64,000 nucleotides of DNA from assembly GCA_937136755.1 (NCBI GenBank), contig CAKZOR010000137.1:5032-69031 (forward strand). The letters are read 5' to 3'. The notes under the pieces are model-generated. The model saw only the letters and a list, made by a program, of their open reading frames with translations, made no database searches and was not told where the DNA came from. Positions 26,095 through 36,133 of the stretch are shown here, one piece after another; the first letter of the stretch is position 1, and each line of letters opens with the position of its first letter. A program made the translations under genes and the position numbers. The DNA comes from an uncultured Flavobacteriaceae bacterium (GTDB taxonomy: Bacteria; Bacteroidota; Bacteroidia; Flavobacteriales; Flavobacteriaceae).

Positions 26095-26279
26095 AGGATA
26101 AACGAATAGAAGGTAAAAATAACAAACTTATAGCAAATCTAAAGCTAGTTTGAATATTTGTGTTGGCTCAAACCCTTAATTTCTTTTCGCTTTGCACAAT
26201 TAAACTTATTTTTGTGCCGCAGTATAAAACTGAGGGTTTAGGGTTTGTAAACACCCTGACCTAACAAAAGCAGCATAAC

Positions 26280-29111
26280 ATGGAGTACAACTTTACAGCG
26301 ATAGAATCTAAGTGGCAGCAATATTGGGCTAAGCACAAGACATTTAAAGCAGAAAACAAAAGCGATAAGCCTAAATATTATGTGTTAGATATGTTTCCTT
26401 ATCCTTCTGGAGCAGGCTTACATGTGGGGCATCCATTAGGATATATAGCCTCAGATATTTACGCCAGGTTTAAAAGACACAAAGGTTTTAATGTGCTTCA
26501 TCCTATGGGTTATGACTCTTTTGGTTTACCTGCTGAGCAATACGCCATTCAAACAGGACAACATCCTGCTATTACTACTCAAGCTAATATTGATAGGTAT
26601 AGGGAGCAATTGGATAAAATAGGTTTCTCTTTTGATTGGGATAGAGAGGTCAGAACCTCTTCGAGTGATTATTACAAATGGACTCAGTGGGTTTTTGGCC
26701 TACTGTTTAACGCCTGGTACGACAAGGCTGCAGATAAAGCTAAGCCTATAGATGTGCTCATTGCACATTTCGAAAAATTTGGAAATGAAGGCGTGCTTGC
26801 TGCTGTTGAGGAAGAAGTGAAATCCTTTTCTGCGGAAGAATGGATAACGGCATCGGCGGAAAGCCAAGAAGAAATATTACAACAATACAGATTAACATAT
26901 CTGGCAGAGGCCCAGGTAAATTGGTGTCCTGCTCTGGGTACAGTTTTGGCAAATGACGAAATTGTCAATGGGGTTTCTGAGCGTGGTGGCCACCCTGTGG
27001 TGAGAAAAAAGATGCTACAATGGAGTATGAGAATTTCTGCCTATGCGGAGAGATTGCTTCAAGATTTAGATCTTTTAGATTGGCCTCAACCCCTAAAAGA
27101 TAGCCAAACCAATTGGATTGGAAAATCTAAAGGTGCTATGGTTACTTTCCATACACAACCGAGCGAATGGTGTAATGAGTCCCTGCCTATTGAGGTATTT
27201 ACGACCCGTCCAGATACTATTTATGGGGTTTCTTTTATGACCCTAGCACCGGAACATCCTTATGTAGATCGTATCTGTTCTCCTGAGCAGAAAGCGTCGG
27301 TTGCGGCATACGTTCAAGCCACTGCCAAGCGTTCTGAAAGGGATAGAATGGCAGATGTGAAAACCATTTCTGGAGTCTTTACAGGAGCTTATGCAAGCCA
27401 CCCAATTACAGAGGAGCCTATTCCTGTATGGATTGGAGATTATGTTTTGGCGGGTTATGGTACTGGCGCAGTAATGGCGGTTCCATGTGGGGACCAACGT
27501 GATTACGATTTTGCCAAACACTTTGATTTGCCTATTCCAAATATTTTTAAAAACGTAGACATATCTCAGGAAGCTTTTGCCCAAAAAGAAGGGGCTGTAA
27601 TAGACCATTCAGATTTCTTGACTGGATTGCCCTACAAAGAAGCTTTGCACAAATCAATATTGGCCTTAGAAGCCTTAGGGTCTGGCTATGGAAAAGTGAA
27701 TTATAGGTTGAGAGATGCGGTTTTTAGTAGACAGCGTTATTGGGGAGAACCTTTTCCAATTTATTATAACAATGGGGTGCCAGTGCTTATAGACAAAGCC
27801 CATTTACCGATTCAATTGCCTGAAGTAGCTAAGTATTTACCCACAGAAACTGGTGCGCCTCCTCTTGGAAATGCAAGTCATTGGGCTTGGTGTACCAAGA
27901 CGCATCAGGTCGTGTCTAACGAGGCTATTGATCAAAAGACTGTTTTTCCTTTGGAGTTAAATACCATGCCTGGTTGGGCGGGAAGCTCTTTTTATTTTAA
28001 CAGGTACAAGGATGCAACCAATTCAGCAGAAATGGCTTCAAAAGAGGCTTTGGATTACTGGGGAGAAGTAGATCTTTATATTGGAGGTAGTGAACATGCT
28101 ACAGGCCATCTGTTATATGCCCGTTTTTGGCAGAAAGCATTGTATGACTTGGGTGTATTGCCAGAGGCTGAGTTTGCTAAAAAATTAATCAATCAAGGAA
28201 TGATTACGGGAACTTCTGCCTTTGTGTACAGACTTCCGAATACAAATACTTATGTATCTAAATCTCAAATTAACGGGAGATCTGTTCAGCCCATTCACGT
28301 AGACGTGTCTATGGTAAATCTGTCTGACGAGTTAGATATAGATGCTTTTAAGGCATGGAGACCAGAATACGCAGCAGCTACTTTTGAATTAGAAGACAAA
28401 GGGGTTTACAAGGTGGGTAGAGAGGTAGAGAAAATGTCTAAATCTAAGTATAACGTGGTGAGTCCAGATGCTATTTGCGAACAATATGGAGCAGATTCTC
28501 TACGTTTGTACGAAATGTTCCTAGGGCCATTAGAGCAATCTAAGCCTTGGAATACTGCTGGAATTACCGGAACACACGGTTTTTTAAAGAAATTGTGGAA
28601 GTTGTATTTTAACGAAAGCGGCCCTGTTTTTAAATCAGAACCAGCTAGTGCAGCACAACTTAAAATACTGCACAAGACCATTAAAAAAGTGACAGAAGAT
28701 ATTGAAAACTTCTCTTTTAATACCTCGGTGTCTACCTTTATGATTTGCGTGAATGAATTGGCTGCACTGAAATGTACGAGTCAAGAAATTTTAGAAGCCC
28801 TGGCTATTTTAGTATCTCCTTATGCCCCTCATATTGCAGAGGAGTTGTGGGAAGCTATGGGTCATGAAGCATCCATTTCTACGGCGCCTTTCCCAGTCTT
28901 TAATCCAGCTTATTTGGTGGAATCTGAGAAAGAGTATCCAGTGTCTTTTAACGGTAAAATGCGATTTAAACTGACCCTTCCAATGGATATGTCTAAACAG
29001 GAAATAGAAGCTGCAGTCATGGCGCATGAAAAAACCTTACAGCAATTGGACGGGCGGACCCCTAAAAAGGTGATTGTGGTGCCTGGTAAAATTATTAATA
29101 TAGTAGGCTAA
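26280..29111 (+). CDS. leuS: leucine--tRNA ligase
   Basis: MFPYPSGAGLHVGH (HIGH), editing domain FTTRPDT, KMSKS. Confidence 0.99.
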   Translation: MEYNFTAIESKWQQYWAKHKTFKAENKSDKPKYYVLDMFPYPSGAGLHVGHPLGYIASDIYARFKRHKGFNVLHPMGYDSFGLPAEQYAIQTGQHPAITTQANIDRYREQLDKIGFSFDWDREVRTSSSDYYKWTQWVFGLLFNAWYDKAADKAKPIDVLIAHFEKFGNEGVLAAVEEEVKSFSAEEWITASAESQEEILQQYRLTYLAEAQVNWCPALGTVLANDEIVNGVSERGGHPVVRKKMLQWSMRISAYAERLLQDLDLLDWPQPLKDSQTNWIGKSKGAMVTFHTQPSEWCNESLPIEVFTTRPDTIYGVSFMTLAPEHPYVDRICSPEQKASVAAYVQATAKRSERDRMADVKTISGVFTGAYASHPITEEPIPVWIGDYVLAGYGTGAVMAVPCGDQRDYDFAKHFDLPIPNIFKNVDISQEAFAQKEGAVIDHSDFLTGLPYKEALHKSILALEALGSGYGKVNYRLRDAVFSRQRYWGEPFPIYYNNGVPVLIDKAHLPIQLPEVAKYLPTETGAPPLGNASHWAWCTKTHQVVSNEAIDQKTVFPLELNTMPGWAGSSFYFNRYKDATNSAEMASKEALDYWGEVDLYIGGSEHATGHLLYARFWQKALYDLGVLPEAEFAKKLINQGMITGTSAFVYRLPNTNTYVSKSQINGRSVQPIHVDVSMVNLSDELDIDAFKAWRPEYAAATFELEDKGVYKVGREVEKMSKSKYNVVSPDAICEQYGADSLRLYEMFLGPLEQSKPWNTAGITGTHGFLKKLWKLYFNESGPVFKSEPASAAQLKILHKTIKKVTEDIENFSFNTSVSTFMICVNELAALKCTSQEILEALAILVSPYAPHIAEELWEAMGHEASISTAPFPVFNPAYLVESEKEYPVSFNGKMRFKLTLPMDMSKQEIEAAVMAHEKTLQQLDGRTPKKVIVVPGKIINIVG

Positions 29112-29124
29112 TCCTACACGAACT

Positions 29125-29379
29125 ATGGAAACAATAGAGATGATTGGTTTGCTTGCCGCTACCCTTACCACGGCAGCTTACCTCCCTCAAGTAGTGAAGG
29201 TGTTGAGAGATAAATCTGCTAAGGACATCTCTCTTTCTATGTACTTGGTCATGTTTACAGGGGTAGTACTGTGGTTGGTCTATGGGTTATATCACAATAG
29301 CGCACCCATCATTTTTGCCAATATCATTACTTCTGTATTGACTTTAGCTGTGATTGTCTTAAAATTAAAATACAAGTAA
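29125..29379 (+). CDS. SemiSWEET (PQ-loop) sugar transporter
   Basis: 84 aa, three TM helices, TTAAYLPQV, SAKDISL, WLVYG, IIFAN. Confidence 0.9.
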   Translation: METIEMIGLLAATLTTAAYLPQVVKVLRDKSAKDISLSMYLVMFTGVVLWLVYGLYHNSAPIIFANIITSVLTLAVIVLKLKYK

Positions 29380-29454
29380 GGCCAAAATGTCAGTGGAAAT
29401 GCTGACAGTTTATTTTGGTGTTATTTTTGCTGTGATATTTAAAAAGCTATTATT

Positions 29455-30144
29455 ATGATGTTGTATTATATTATTGTAGGACTCATGGCCCTAGTGAGTA
29501 TGGCGGTGAGTAAAAAATTAAAATCTAAGTTTGCAACCTACTCAAAATTGACGCTTAGAAATGGGATGAGTGGCGCTGAGGTAGCTCAAAGAATGTTGGA
29601 AGACCACGGCATTAGAGATGTGAAAGTGGTGTCTACTCCTGGACAACTCACAGACCACTACAATCCATTGACAAAAACAGTTAATTTAAGTGAGTCTGTA
29701 TATGGACAGCGAAATGCCGCAGCAGCAGCAGTTGCTGCGCATGAGTGCGGCCATGCCGTGCAACATGCAGTGGCGTATCCTTGGCTTCAAATGCGTTCTA
29801 AAATGGTGCCTGCAGTTCAGGTGGCTTCTGGCCTTTCTCAATGGGTTATTATGGGTGGTTTGGTCCTTTCTGCTACCACAGCATTGGGCAGTGGCTTATT
29901 ACTTGCAGGAATTGTTTTATACGGCATTGTAACTGCCTTTACTTTTATAACATTGCCCGTGGAATACGACGCTAGCAACAGGGCTTTGGCTTGGTTAAAG
30001 CGCAAACAAATCGTGGGACAAGAAGAATATGCTGGTGCTGAAGACGCCCTAAAATGGGCTGCAAGAACCTATGTGGTAGCTGCTATTGGTGCCTTAGCGA
30101 CATTGGCTTATTTTGTCTTGCGTTATTTAGGCTCTAGGGATTAA
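29455..30144 (+). CDS. putative neutral zinc metallopeptidase (YugP-like)
   Basis: LTDHYNP, VAAHECGHAVQH (HExxH), TLPVEYDASNRA, AARTYV. Confidence 0.92.
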   Translation: MMLYYIIVGLMALVSMAVSKKLKSKFATYSKLTLRNGMSGAEVAQRMLEDHGIRDVKVVSTPGQLTDHYNPLTKTVNLSESVYGQRNAAAAAVAAHECGHAVQHAVAYPWLQMRSKMVPAVQVASGLSQWVIMGGLVLSATTALGSGLLLAGIVLYGIVTAFTFITLPVEYDASNRALAWLKRKQIVGQEEYAGAEDALKWAARTYVVAAIGALATLAYFVLRYLGSRD

Positions 30145-30611
30145 AACCCAATTTGTCGGTCTATTTGCTGGTCTAAGGAAATAAATGTTTCTGTTCTTGA
30201 CACCCCTTTTATCTGTTGAATTTCTTGGTTGAGTAAACGCATGAGGTGTTCATTATCTCTACAGAGCACTTTGATCAATATGGACCAATTTCCAGTAGTG
30301 TAATGACATTCTAGCACTTCAGGTATTTTTTTTAATGCACTCACTGCCGCTGGATTGCTCATGGCTTTGTCTAAATACACCCCAATGTAGGCCATGGTGT
30401 TATAGCCTAGTGTCTTGGTGTTGACAATAAATTTCGATCCTTTAATCACTCCTGAGGCTTCTAGTTTTCTGAGCCTTTGGTGAATGGCTGCACCAGAGAT
30501 CCCAATTTTTCTAGCGATTTCTAAGATGGGTTTTCTGGCGTCCTCCATGAGGAATCGGAGAATTTCTTTATCTATTCCGTCTATTTTAGGCAGGGAGTCA
30601 ATGTGAGTCAT
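30141..30611 (-). CDS. Lrp/AsnC family transcriptional regulator
   Basis: N-terminal HTH IDKEILRFLMEDAR...AIHQRLRKL; ECHYTTG; RTETFISL. Confidence 0.95.
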   Translation of the reverse strand: MTHIDSLPKIDGIDKEILRFLMEDARKPILEIARKIGISGAAIHQRLRKLEASGVIKGSKFIVNTKTLGYNTMAYIGVYLDKAMSNPAAVSALKKIPEVLECHYTTGNWSILIKVLCRDNEHLMRLLNQEIQQIKGVSRTETFISLDQQIDRQIGF

Positions 30612-30685
30612 ACTTACATATTTTAAGCAAAACTACATATTTTGTTTCATTATTTATAAAGTTAGCCAGATTCTTGTGTTGTAAT

Positions 30686-32059
30686 TTAAGAACTAGCCAC
30701 GTATTCTGTTGCATATCCTAAATATGGCACTTCAAAATCTTTAAATACCACACCTTCTTGAGCCAATAGTTTTAATACAGGTTTATAGATTTCTGAGTCA
30801 ATTGGAATACGCACTCCGGCTGTGCTAATGTCTTTATTTAAAATAAGTAAACAGGATATAGCAAGCGGTAAACCTACCGTTTTGGCCATTGCGGTATGCG
30901 TTTGAGAAACCCCCTCAACCACCATATGAGCGTCTAATTGTCTCATTTTCCCTTGTTGTTCATAGCCTATTTTATGGTACATAACCACCATGTCTTTTTC
31001 TTCCAAGCCAAGGGTCCAATGGGCCTCTAGGATTTCTTGAAGTAGTTCAGCTGGGGTGCCATTTTGTTTGGTTAAAAAGTGTTTGTCACTAAATAGGTGT
31101 AATTCCATGAGCTTGTCCCACATAATGTCGTCTTGGTCAATTTTTAGATAATGCCGTACTTTTAACTCTACACTATCTGTTGGGGAATAGGGTAGAAATA
31201 AATTAATAAACGCCCTATAGCTCATTTGCTCACTCTCCTCTATCTGGTAACTGTCGTCTGTGAGTCCCAATTGCACAAAAATATTCCAAGCTTTTGAAAA
31301 ACCAACCCTTCTCATGGTTCCCCTGTATAGTGTTAGGGCATTTTCTAGGCCATAAGCAGTCCTGTATTTTAGAGAATCTCTATTGGCATAGGCTTCAAAT
31401 TTTCCATAGCCTTCAATGTGCAAGAATTCAGTGCGCCTAAATAATTTGTGATAAGGGATGTATTTGTAAGTGCCTTCTTGTATGAATTTAGCGGCACCGC
31501 CTTGTCCTGCTATGACCACATTTCTTGGGTTCCAGGTGAATTTATAGTCCCATAAATTTGGTTTTTCTTGGGGAGCCACTAAGCCGCCAGTGAAGGATTC
31601 AAATAATTTAATTTCCCCTCCTTTGTTTTTTATTTGGTCCATAAAAGCCATGGCACTCATATGGTCAATCCCAGGATCTACCCCCATTTCATTGAGGAAA
31701 ATCAATCCCTTTTCTTTTACCTGATCCTCCATTTCTTTTAATTCAGGACTCACATAGGAAGCAGTCACCAAGTGTTTTTCAAGACTGAGACAGTCCTTGG
31801 CAACTAAAATATGCATATGCGCAGGAAGCATAGAGATTACAATGTCTGCTAATGCAATCTGTTGTTGTCTAATCACTCCATCAGTGACAGAGGCAGTTAC
31901 AATACTAAGTGCAGGATGAGAAGCTATTTGCTTTGGTATGTGAGCTGTTTCTCTGTCTAAAATACAAAGTGAAATATCCTCTTTCTTTGATTGATCTAAT
32001 AGATAATCAATGAGGTAAGCAGTAGATTTTCCAGCACCTATTAAAAGAATGTTTCGCAT
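30686..32059 (-). CDS. saccharopine dehydrogenase family protein
   Basis: ILLIGAG, VTASYVS, NEMGVDPGIDHMSA, YKFTWNPR, AMAKTVG. Confidence 0.92.
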   Translation of the reverse strand: MRNILLIGAGKSTAYLIDYLLDQSKKEDISLCILDRETAHIPKQIASHPALSIVTASVTDGVIRQQQIALADIVISMLPAHMHILVAKDCLSLEKHLVTASYVSPELKEMEDQVKEKGLIFLNEMGVDPGIDHMSAMAFMDQIKNKGGEIKLFESFTGGLVAPQEKPNLWDYKFTWNPRNVVIAGQGGAAKFIQEGTYKYIPYHKLFRRTEFLHIEGYGKFEAYANRDSLKYRTAYGLENALTLYRGTMRRVGFSKAWNIFVQLGLTDDSYQIEESEQMSYRAFINLFLPYSPTDSVELKVRHYLKIDQDDIMWDKLMELHLFSDKHFLTKQNGTPAELLQEILEAHWTLGLEEKDMVVMYHKIGYEQQGKMRQLDAHMVVEGVSQTHTAMAKTVGLPLAISCLLILNKDISTAGVRIPIDSEIYKPVLKLLAQEGVVFKDFEVPYLGYATEYVASS

Positions 32060-32144
32060 GATGAGAACGGGTTTATACGTTCTTAAAAATAGCGAATTGT
32101 TATATTTTTAAAGAATTACTTAAAATAAGTTATGAACAAAACAA

Positions 32145-32891
32145 TTATTTCTTGTTTTCCGTACTGATATACTTTTGAAGCGCCATAGTCATAGAAGGCG
32201 TTTCAGGGGTGGGTGCCTTAATATCAATTCTTAGCCCTGCATCTGTAGCTGCTTTAATAGTAGAATTTCCAAAAACAGCAATTCTGGTGTTGTTTTGTTT
32301 AAACTCAGGGAAGTTTTTGAGTAGTGATTCAATTCCTGAAGGGCTAAAGAAAACCAATACGTCATATAAAACATCGCTTAGATCGGATAAGTCACTAATC
32401 ACTGTTTTGTAAAAAATACCTCTTTTCCAATCGAGTTGTAATTGATCTAATGTTTCAGGGACAGTTGGTTTTAGTACGTCAGAGGAAGGGAGTAAATATT
32501 TCTCTTCTTTGTATTTTTTAAATAAGGGCACTAAGTCTGCAAAATTCATTTTACCTACATAAATTTTACGTTTTCTGTACACCACATATTTTTGTAGGTA
32601 ATAAGCAACGGCTTCCGATTGGCAGAAATATTTCATGCTGTCTGGCACCTTGAATCGCATTTCTTCTGCCAGCCTAAAATAGTGATCCACTGCATTTCTA
32701 CTTGTTAATATGACTGCTGTGAATTGGCTTAGGTCTATTTTTTGTTGTCTGACGTTTTTAGCGTCTACGCCCTCTACATGAATGAAAGGTCTGAAATCTA
32801 CCTTTACTTTTTCCTTGTCAATAAGCCTTGCATAAGGAGAGTTGTCCATCTTTGGTTCTGGCTGTGAGACTAAAATTGTTTTTACCTTCAT
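32145..32891 (-). CDS. hemD: uroporphyrinogen-III synthase
   Basis: Bacteroidota HemD pattern ILVSQP, VILTSRNAV, VFFSPSGI, IAVFGNST. Confidence 0.85.
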   Translation of the reverse strand: MKVKTILVSQPEPKMDNSPYARLIDKEKVKVDFRPFIHVEGVDAKNVRQQKIDLSQFTAVILTSRNAVDHYFRLAEEMRFKVPDSMKYFCQSEAVAYYLQKYVVYRKRKIYVGKMNFADLVPLFKKYKEEKYLLPSSDVLKPTVPETLDQLQLDWKRGIFYKTVISDLSDLSDVLYDVLVFFSPSGIESLLKNFPEFKQNNTRIAVFGNSTIKAATDAGLRIDIKAPTPETPSMTMALQKYISTENKK

Positions 32892-32895
32892 GGAA

Positions 32896-33549
32896 TCACG
32901 TATTAAAAATGCTTACAATTATTAAAAACGGTGCTATTTCAAGAGCGCAAAGGTACAAAATAAAATAGAATACATTATGCAGGATATACTTTTGATAATT
33001 TCTTAATATTAAGATGCCCCCAATAAGCGTCACAAAGACAAATAAAAATAAGCTGCTGTAAAACAGAAGTCTAGCATTCAAAGGAATAAATGCGAATAAT
33101 ATATTTGCAGTAAATAAAATAACACTCCCGTAATTAAAGAAGCTATTTTTCTTAAAAACAATTTCATTGAGCAATTTTTTGTTTCCAAACAACCAACCGT
33201 GTATGTTCTGAAGTATGGGTTTAATCACAACAAACCCAGATACAAGCGCAAAGCAACTCAAATAATCTATAGTATTTACAGAGGAGCTTTTAAGAAAAAT
33301 AGGGGCAAAAAAGAAAAGGAATAGACTACAATTTATAACAGCGAATAAGCCCCAAAGCCATTGAAAAGGATGGATAAAAGCTTGTTTTTTATTGTAAACA
33401 AAAACGAATCTGTTGTGGCTAATTAAATTAGAAAACGATAGATGCCTTTGCGGGTAAACTAGCTTTGAAAGGCTCATGAGCACTAAGGAGAGAAACAGCA
33501 ATCCAATGGTCCAATCGGGTATGTGCTGAAATCTCAATTCAAGTTCCAT
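32896..33549 (-). CDS. DUF4271 membrane protein
   Basis: Hydrophobic protein ending YFILYLCALEIAP; upstream of hemD. Confidence 0.82.
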   Translation of the reverse strand: MELELRFQHIPDWTIGLLFLSLVLMSLSKLVYPQRHLSFSNLISHNRFVFVYNKKQAFIHPFQWLWGLFAVINCSLFLFFFAPIFLKSSSVNTIDYLSCFALVSGFVVIKPILQNIHGWLFGNKKLLNEIVFKKNSFFNYGSVILFTANILFAFIPLNARLLFYSSLFLFVFVTLIGGILILRNYQKYILHNVFYFILYLCALEIAPFLIIVSIFNT

Positions 33550-35252
33550 GTCGCTAATTTGTGTGAGTTAGCCCCCAATAAAAAAGGCATTGAATTGGCG
33601 GAAATACTTAGTTTGAAATACCCCATACTTAAATCACTTTCTTTTAGATGGTATTTGCCTTTAAGGATGACTGTTTCTCCGGGCATTACTATTTTATTGA
33701 GATTGTTCGTTGCTACAGTGCCAGTTTTTTTTGAAACAAGCTCAATAGCCTCAAATTCAGAAAGGTATTGGAATTGCTTGTATTCATTGAGAAAAGCAAG
33801 CCCGAAACGGATTTCTTGAATAGGAATTTGGAAAGAATATGGATTTTGTAACTCAAAAACTAGGCTGTTGTCTTTGGCTTCAATAAACACAATTTTTAAT
33901 AGACTATAAGGCTTGAATGAAGGGATCCATGTTCCGTAATAGGGAACAGCTTTAGCCTTTTCAAAAGAAAAATCAGCAGGAATATTATCTATACCGCTTA
34001 CAGAATCTTTGGTAATATAGGCTACTTTTTCCCCAAGGACAGCTGTTTCAGAATCATCAATGTTGTATTGGTTTTGCCGGTAGTCAATCGCATTTAGAGA
34101 ATAAGTATCGCCTCCGGTGTAAAAGGCATACATAGGGGCATTTCTATAAGAATTCTCAAAGACCACTTTATGATCTCCTACCACCTCTTTTAAAGCTGTG
34201 GTCCATGCCTTGTTGCCGTGCGCCTCGTAAGAAATAGGCAATAAAGGCTCATATACAAGTCCTATTCTCAAAAATACAATCAGAATGATATTGATCCAGC
34301 CACTGATCCATAATTGTCTTTTGAGTTTGGGATTTGCCATAAGCGCCTCAAAAACAAGTAGGGCAGCCGGAATACAAATCACCACCATCCATTGGGTTTG
34401 AATACGTCTGTTAAAACTCGAAATAAAGAAAAACACCAGAACGGTAACAATCACCCCGAACAAACTTTTTTTAAGCGCAGTGTCTCTTGGCTCAGAAAAG
34501 AGAGATTTGTAGATAAAGGGAAAACAAAACCCAAAAATGGCCGCAAGATTAATAAAATAGCCCAATCCAAAGTCAAAGAAGTCGTAGGCCCGATTAGGCC
34601 TTTCGAATAGGTGGTAAGCTACCGAGACAAACTCGTTTGAATACAGCCAATATAAATGTGGGCTGTACGCTACAAGACTCACTCCAACCGCTACCCAGGC
34701 ATATTTATTTTTCAGTAAACTAGGGACTCCAACTAAAACACCAACAATCACTAGTACCGCATGGTATTTGCTGTACATGAGTGCTGCCATCACTAAACCT
34801 AGAGCAATACTTAAACCCCAGTTAGGCCCTTTAAAAAATGACTTCAGTAGATAAAAAAGTAAGGCTGTAAAAAAGAGTAGCGGCGTATCCGGTAAGGTAA
34901 AAAACCCATAGGCATTTAAGAGGGTCATGGAACTCAACAGGACAAAAAATGCCCCAATATGGTGTTTTTTATGTGTCTTGGAAACAGTGTTCCAAATTAA
35001 AACATAGGCTCCTAAAGTACTAAAAACCCCAATGATCCTAACGCCTAAAGTTCCTTTAAAAAATAAATTCCCCAAGGCAATCATGGCTGCTACCATTGGG
35101 GGGTGGTCAAAGTAACCCCAATCTAGTTGTTTGGAAAAATACCAATAATAAGCCTCGTCATAAATAAGCTCAGTGAAAATAGCCTGAAGGGTATTGGCTA
35201 AACCAATAAGGATCATAATCCCCCAAAAAAGCTTTTGTTTATTCCCTTTCAT
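33534..35252 (-). CDS. glycosyltransferase family 39 (PMT_2/ArnT-like, GT-C fold)
   Basis: DEAYYW...LDWGYFDHPPM, TLPDTPLLFF, LMYSKYH; many TM helices. Confidence 0.9.
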   Translation of the reverse strand: MKGNKQKLFWGIMILIGLANTLQAIFTELIYDEAYYWYFSKQLDWGYFDHPPMVAAMIALGNLFFKGTLGVRIIGVFSTLGAYVLIWNTVSKTHKKHHIGAFFVLLSSMTLLNAYGFFTLPDTPLLFFTALLFYLLKSFFKGPNWGLSIALGLVMAALMYSKYHAVLVIVGVLVGVPSLLKNKYAWVAVGVSLVAYSPHLYWLYSNEFVSVAYHLFERPNRAYDFFDFGLGYFINLAAIFGFCFPFIYKSLFSEPRDTALKKSLFGVIVTVLVFFFISSFNRRIQTQWMVVICIPAALLVFEALMANPKLKRQLWISGWINIILIVFLRIGLVYEPLLPISYEAHGNKAWTTALKEVVGDHKVVFENSYRNAPMYAFYTGGDTYSLNAIDYRQNQYNIDDSETAVLGEKVAYITKDSVSGIDNIPADFSFEKAKAVPYYGTWIPSFKPYSLLKIVFIEAKDNSLVFELQNPYSFQIPIQEIRFGLAFLNEYKQFQYLSEFEAIELVSKKTGTVATNNLNKIVMPGETVILKGKYHLKESDLSMGYFKLSISANSMPFLLGANSHKLATWNLN

Positions 35253-35403
35253 TCCTATGGATTAGTGCGCAAATTTACAAATAATTACTGCAGGGCTTCC
35301 ATTTTGTAATCACATTTACAACCTATAAAAAAAACATAAATCCCTAGTTTCTTACTCATTTTACGCCTTTTATGTCCTATTTTTGCGCTTAAAGAAGCCT
35401 TTC

Positions 35404-36132
35404 ATGTCCAATAGACTTGTTATTATTCCCACCTATAATGAGATTGAAAACATTAGCCAAATCATTGCGGCTGTTTTTGAACTTCCCCTAGATTTCCACG
35501 TTCTGATTGTAGACGACGGATCTCCTGATGGTACAGCAACACAAGTAAAATCTCTCCAAAGCCAGTACCCTGGAAGGCTATTTATAGAAGAAAGAACCCG
35601 CAAGGGAGGCTTAGGTACTGCTTATATTCACGGATTTAAGTGGGCTTTAAAAAAACAGTACGACTACATTTTTGAAATGGATGCAGATTTTTCTCATCCA
35701 CCAAAGGACCTTATAGCTTTATTTGAAGCCTGCGAACAAGGCGCAGATCTATCTGTAGGCTCTAGGTATAAAAAGGGAATTAATGTAGTGAATTGGCCTT
35801 TATACAGAATTTTAATCTCCTACGGAGCGTCTTTTTATGTAAAACTTATTACAGGAATGAGGGTACACGACCCAACCGCAGGATTTGTGTGTTACACCAG
35901 GAGCGTTCTAGAAGCCATTCCTTTAGATCGGGTGCGATTTGTTGGATATGCCTTCCAAATAGAAATGAAATTTAGGGCACATGTTTTAGGTTTTGTCATT
36001 GAAGAGGTTCCAATTGTTTTTAAAGATAGGGAGTTGGGAAAATCAAAGATGAGTAGTGCCATAGTTGGTGAAGCCATTATTGGTGTTTTAAAGCTCAAAT
36101 GGCAAAGTATTTTTAATAAAAATAATTTTTAA
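35404..36132 (+). CDS. polyprenol-monophosphomannose synthase (GT2, DPM1-like)
   Basis: IIPTYNE, VDDGSPDGT, EMDADFSH, GYAFQIE, EVPIVF.DR..G.SKMS. Start moved to ATG 35404. Confidence 0.92.
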   Translation: MSNRLVIIPTYNEIENISQIIAAVFELPLDFHVLIVDDGSPDGTATQVKSLQSQYPGRLFIEERTRKGGLGTAYIHGFKWALKKQYDYIFEMDADFSHPPKDLIALFEACEQGADLSVGSRYKKGINVVNWPLYRILISYGASFYVKLITGMRVHDPTAGFVCYTRSVLEAIPLDRVRFVGYAFQIEMKFRAHVLGFVIEEVPIVFKDRELGKSKMSSAIVGEAIIGVLKLKWQSIFNKNNF

Positions 36133-36133
36133 A

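Noticed and set aside
26215..26279. T-box or attenuator upstream of leuS
   Set aside because: The leader is only about 60 nt with one imperfect hairpin (AGGGT...ACCCT) and has no T-box motif or terminator.
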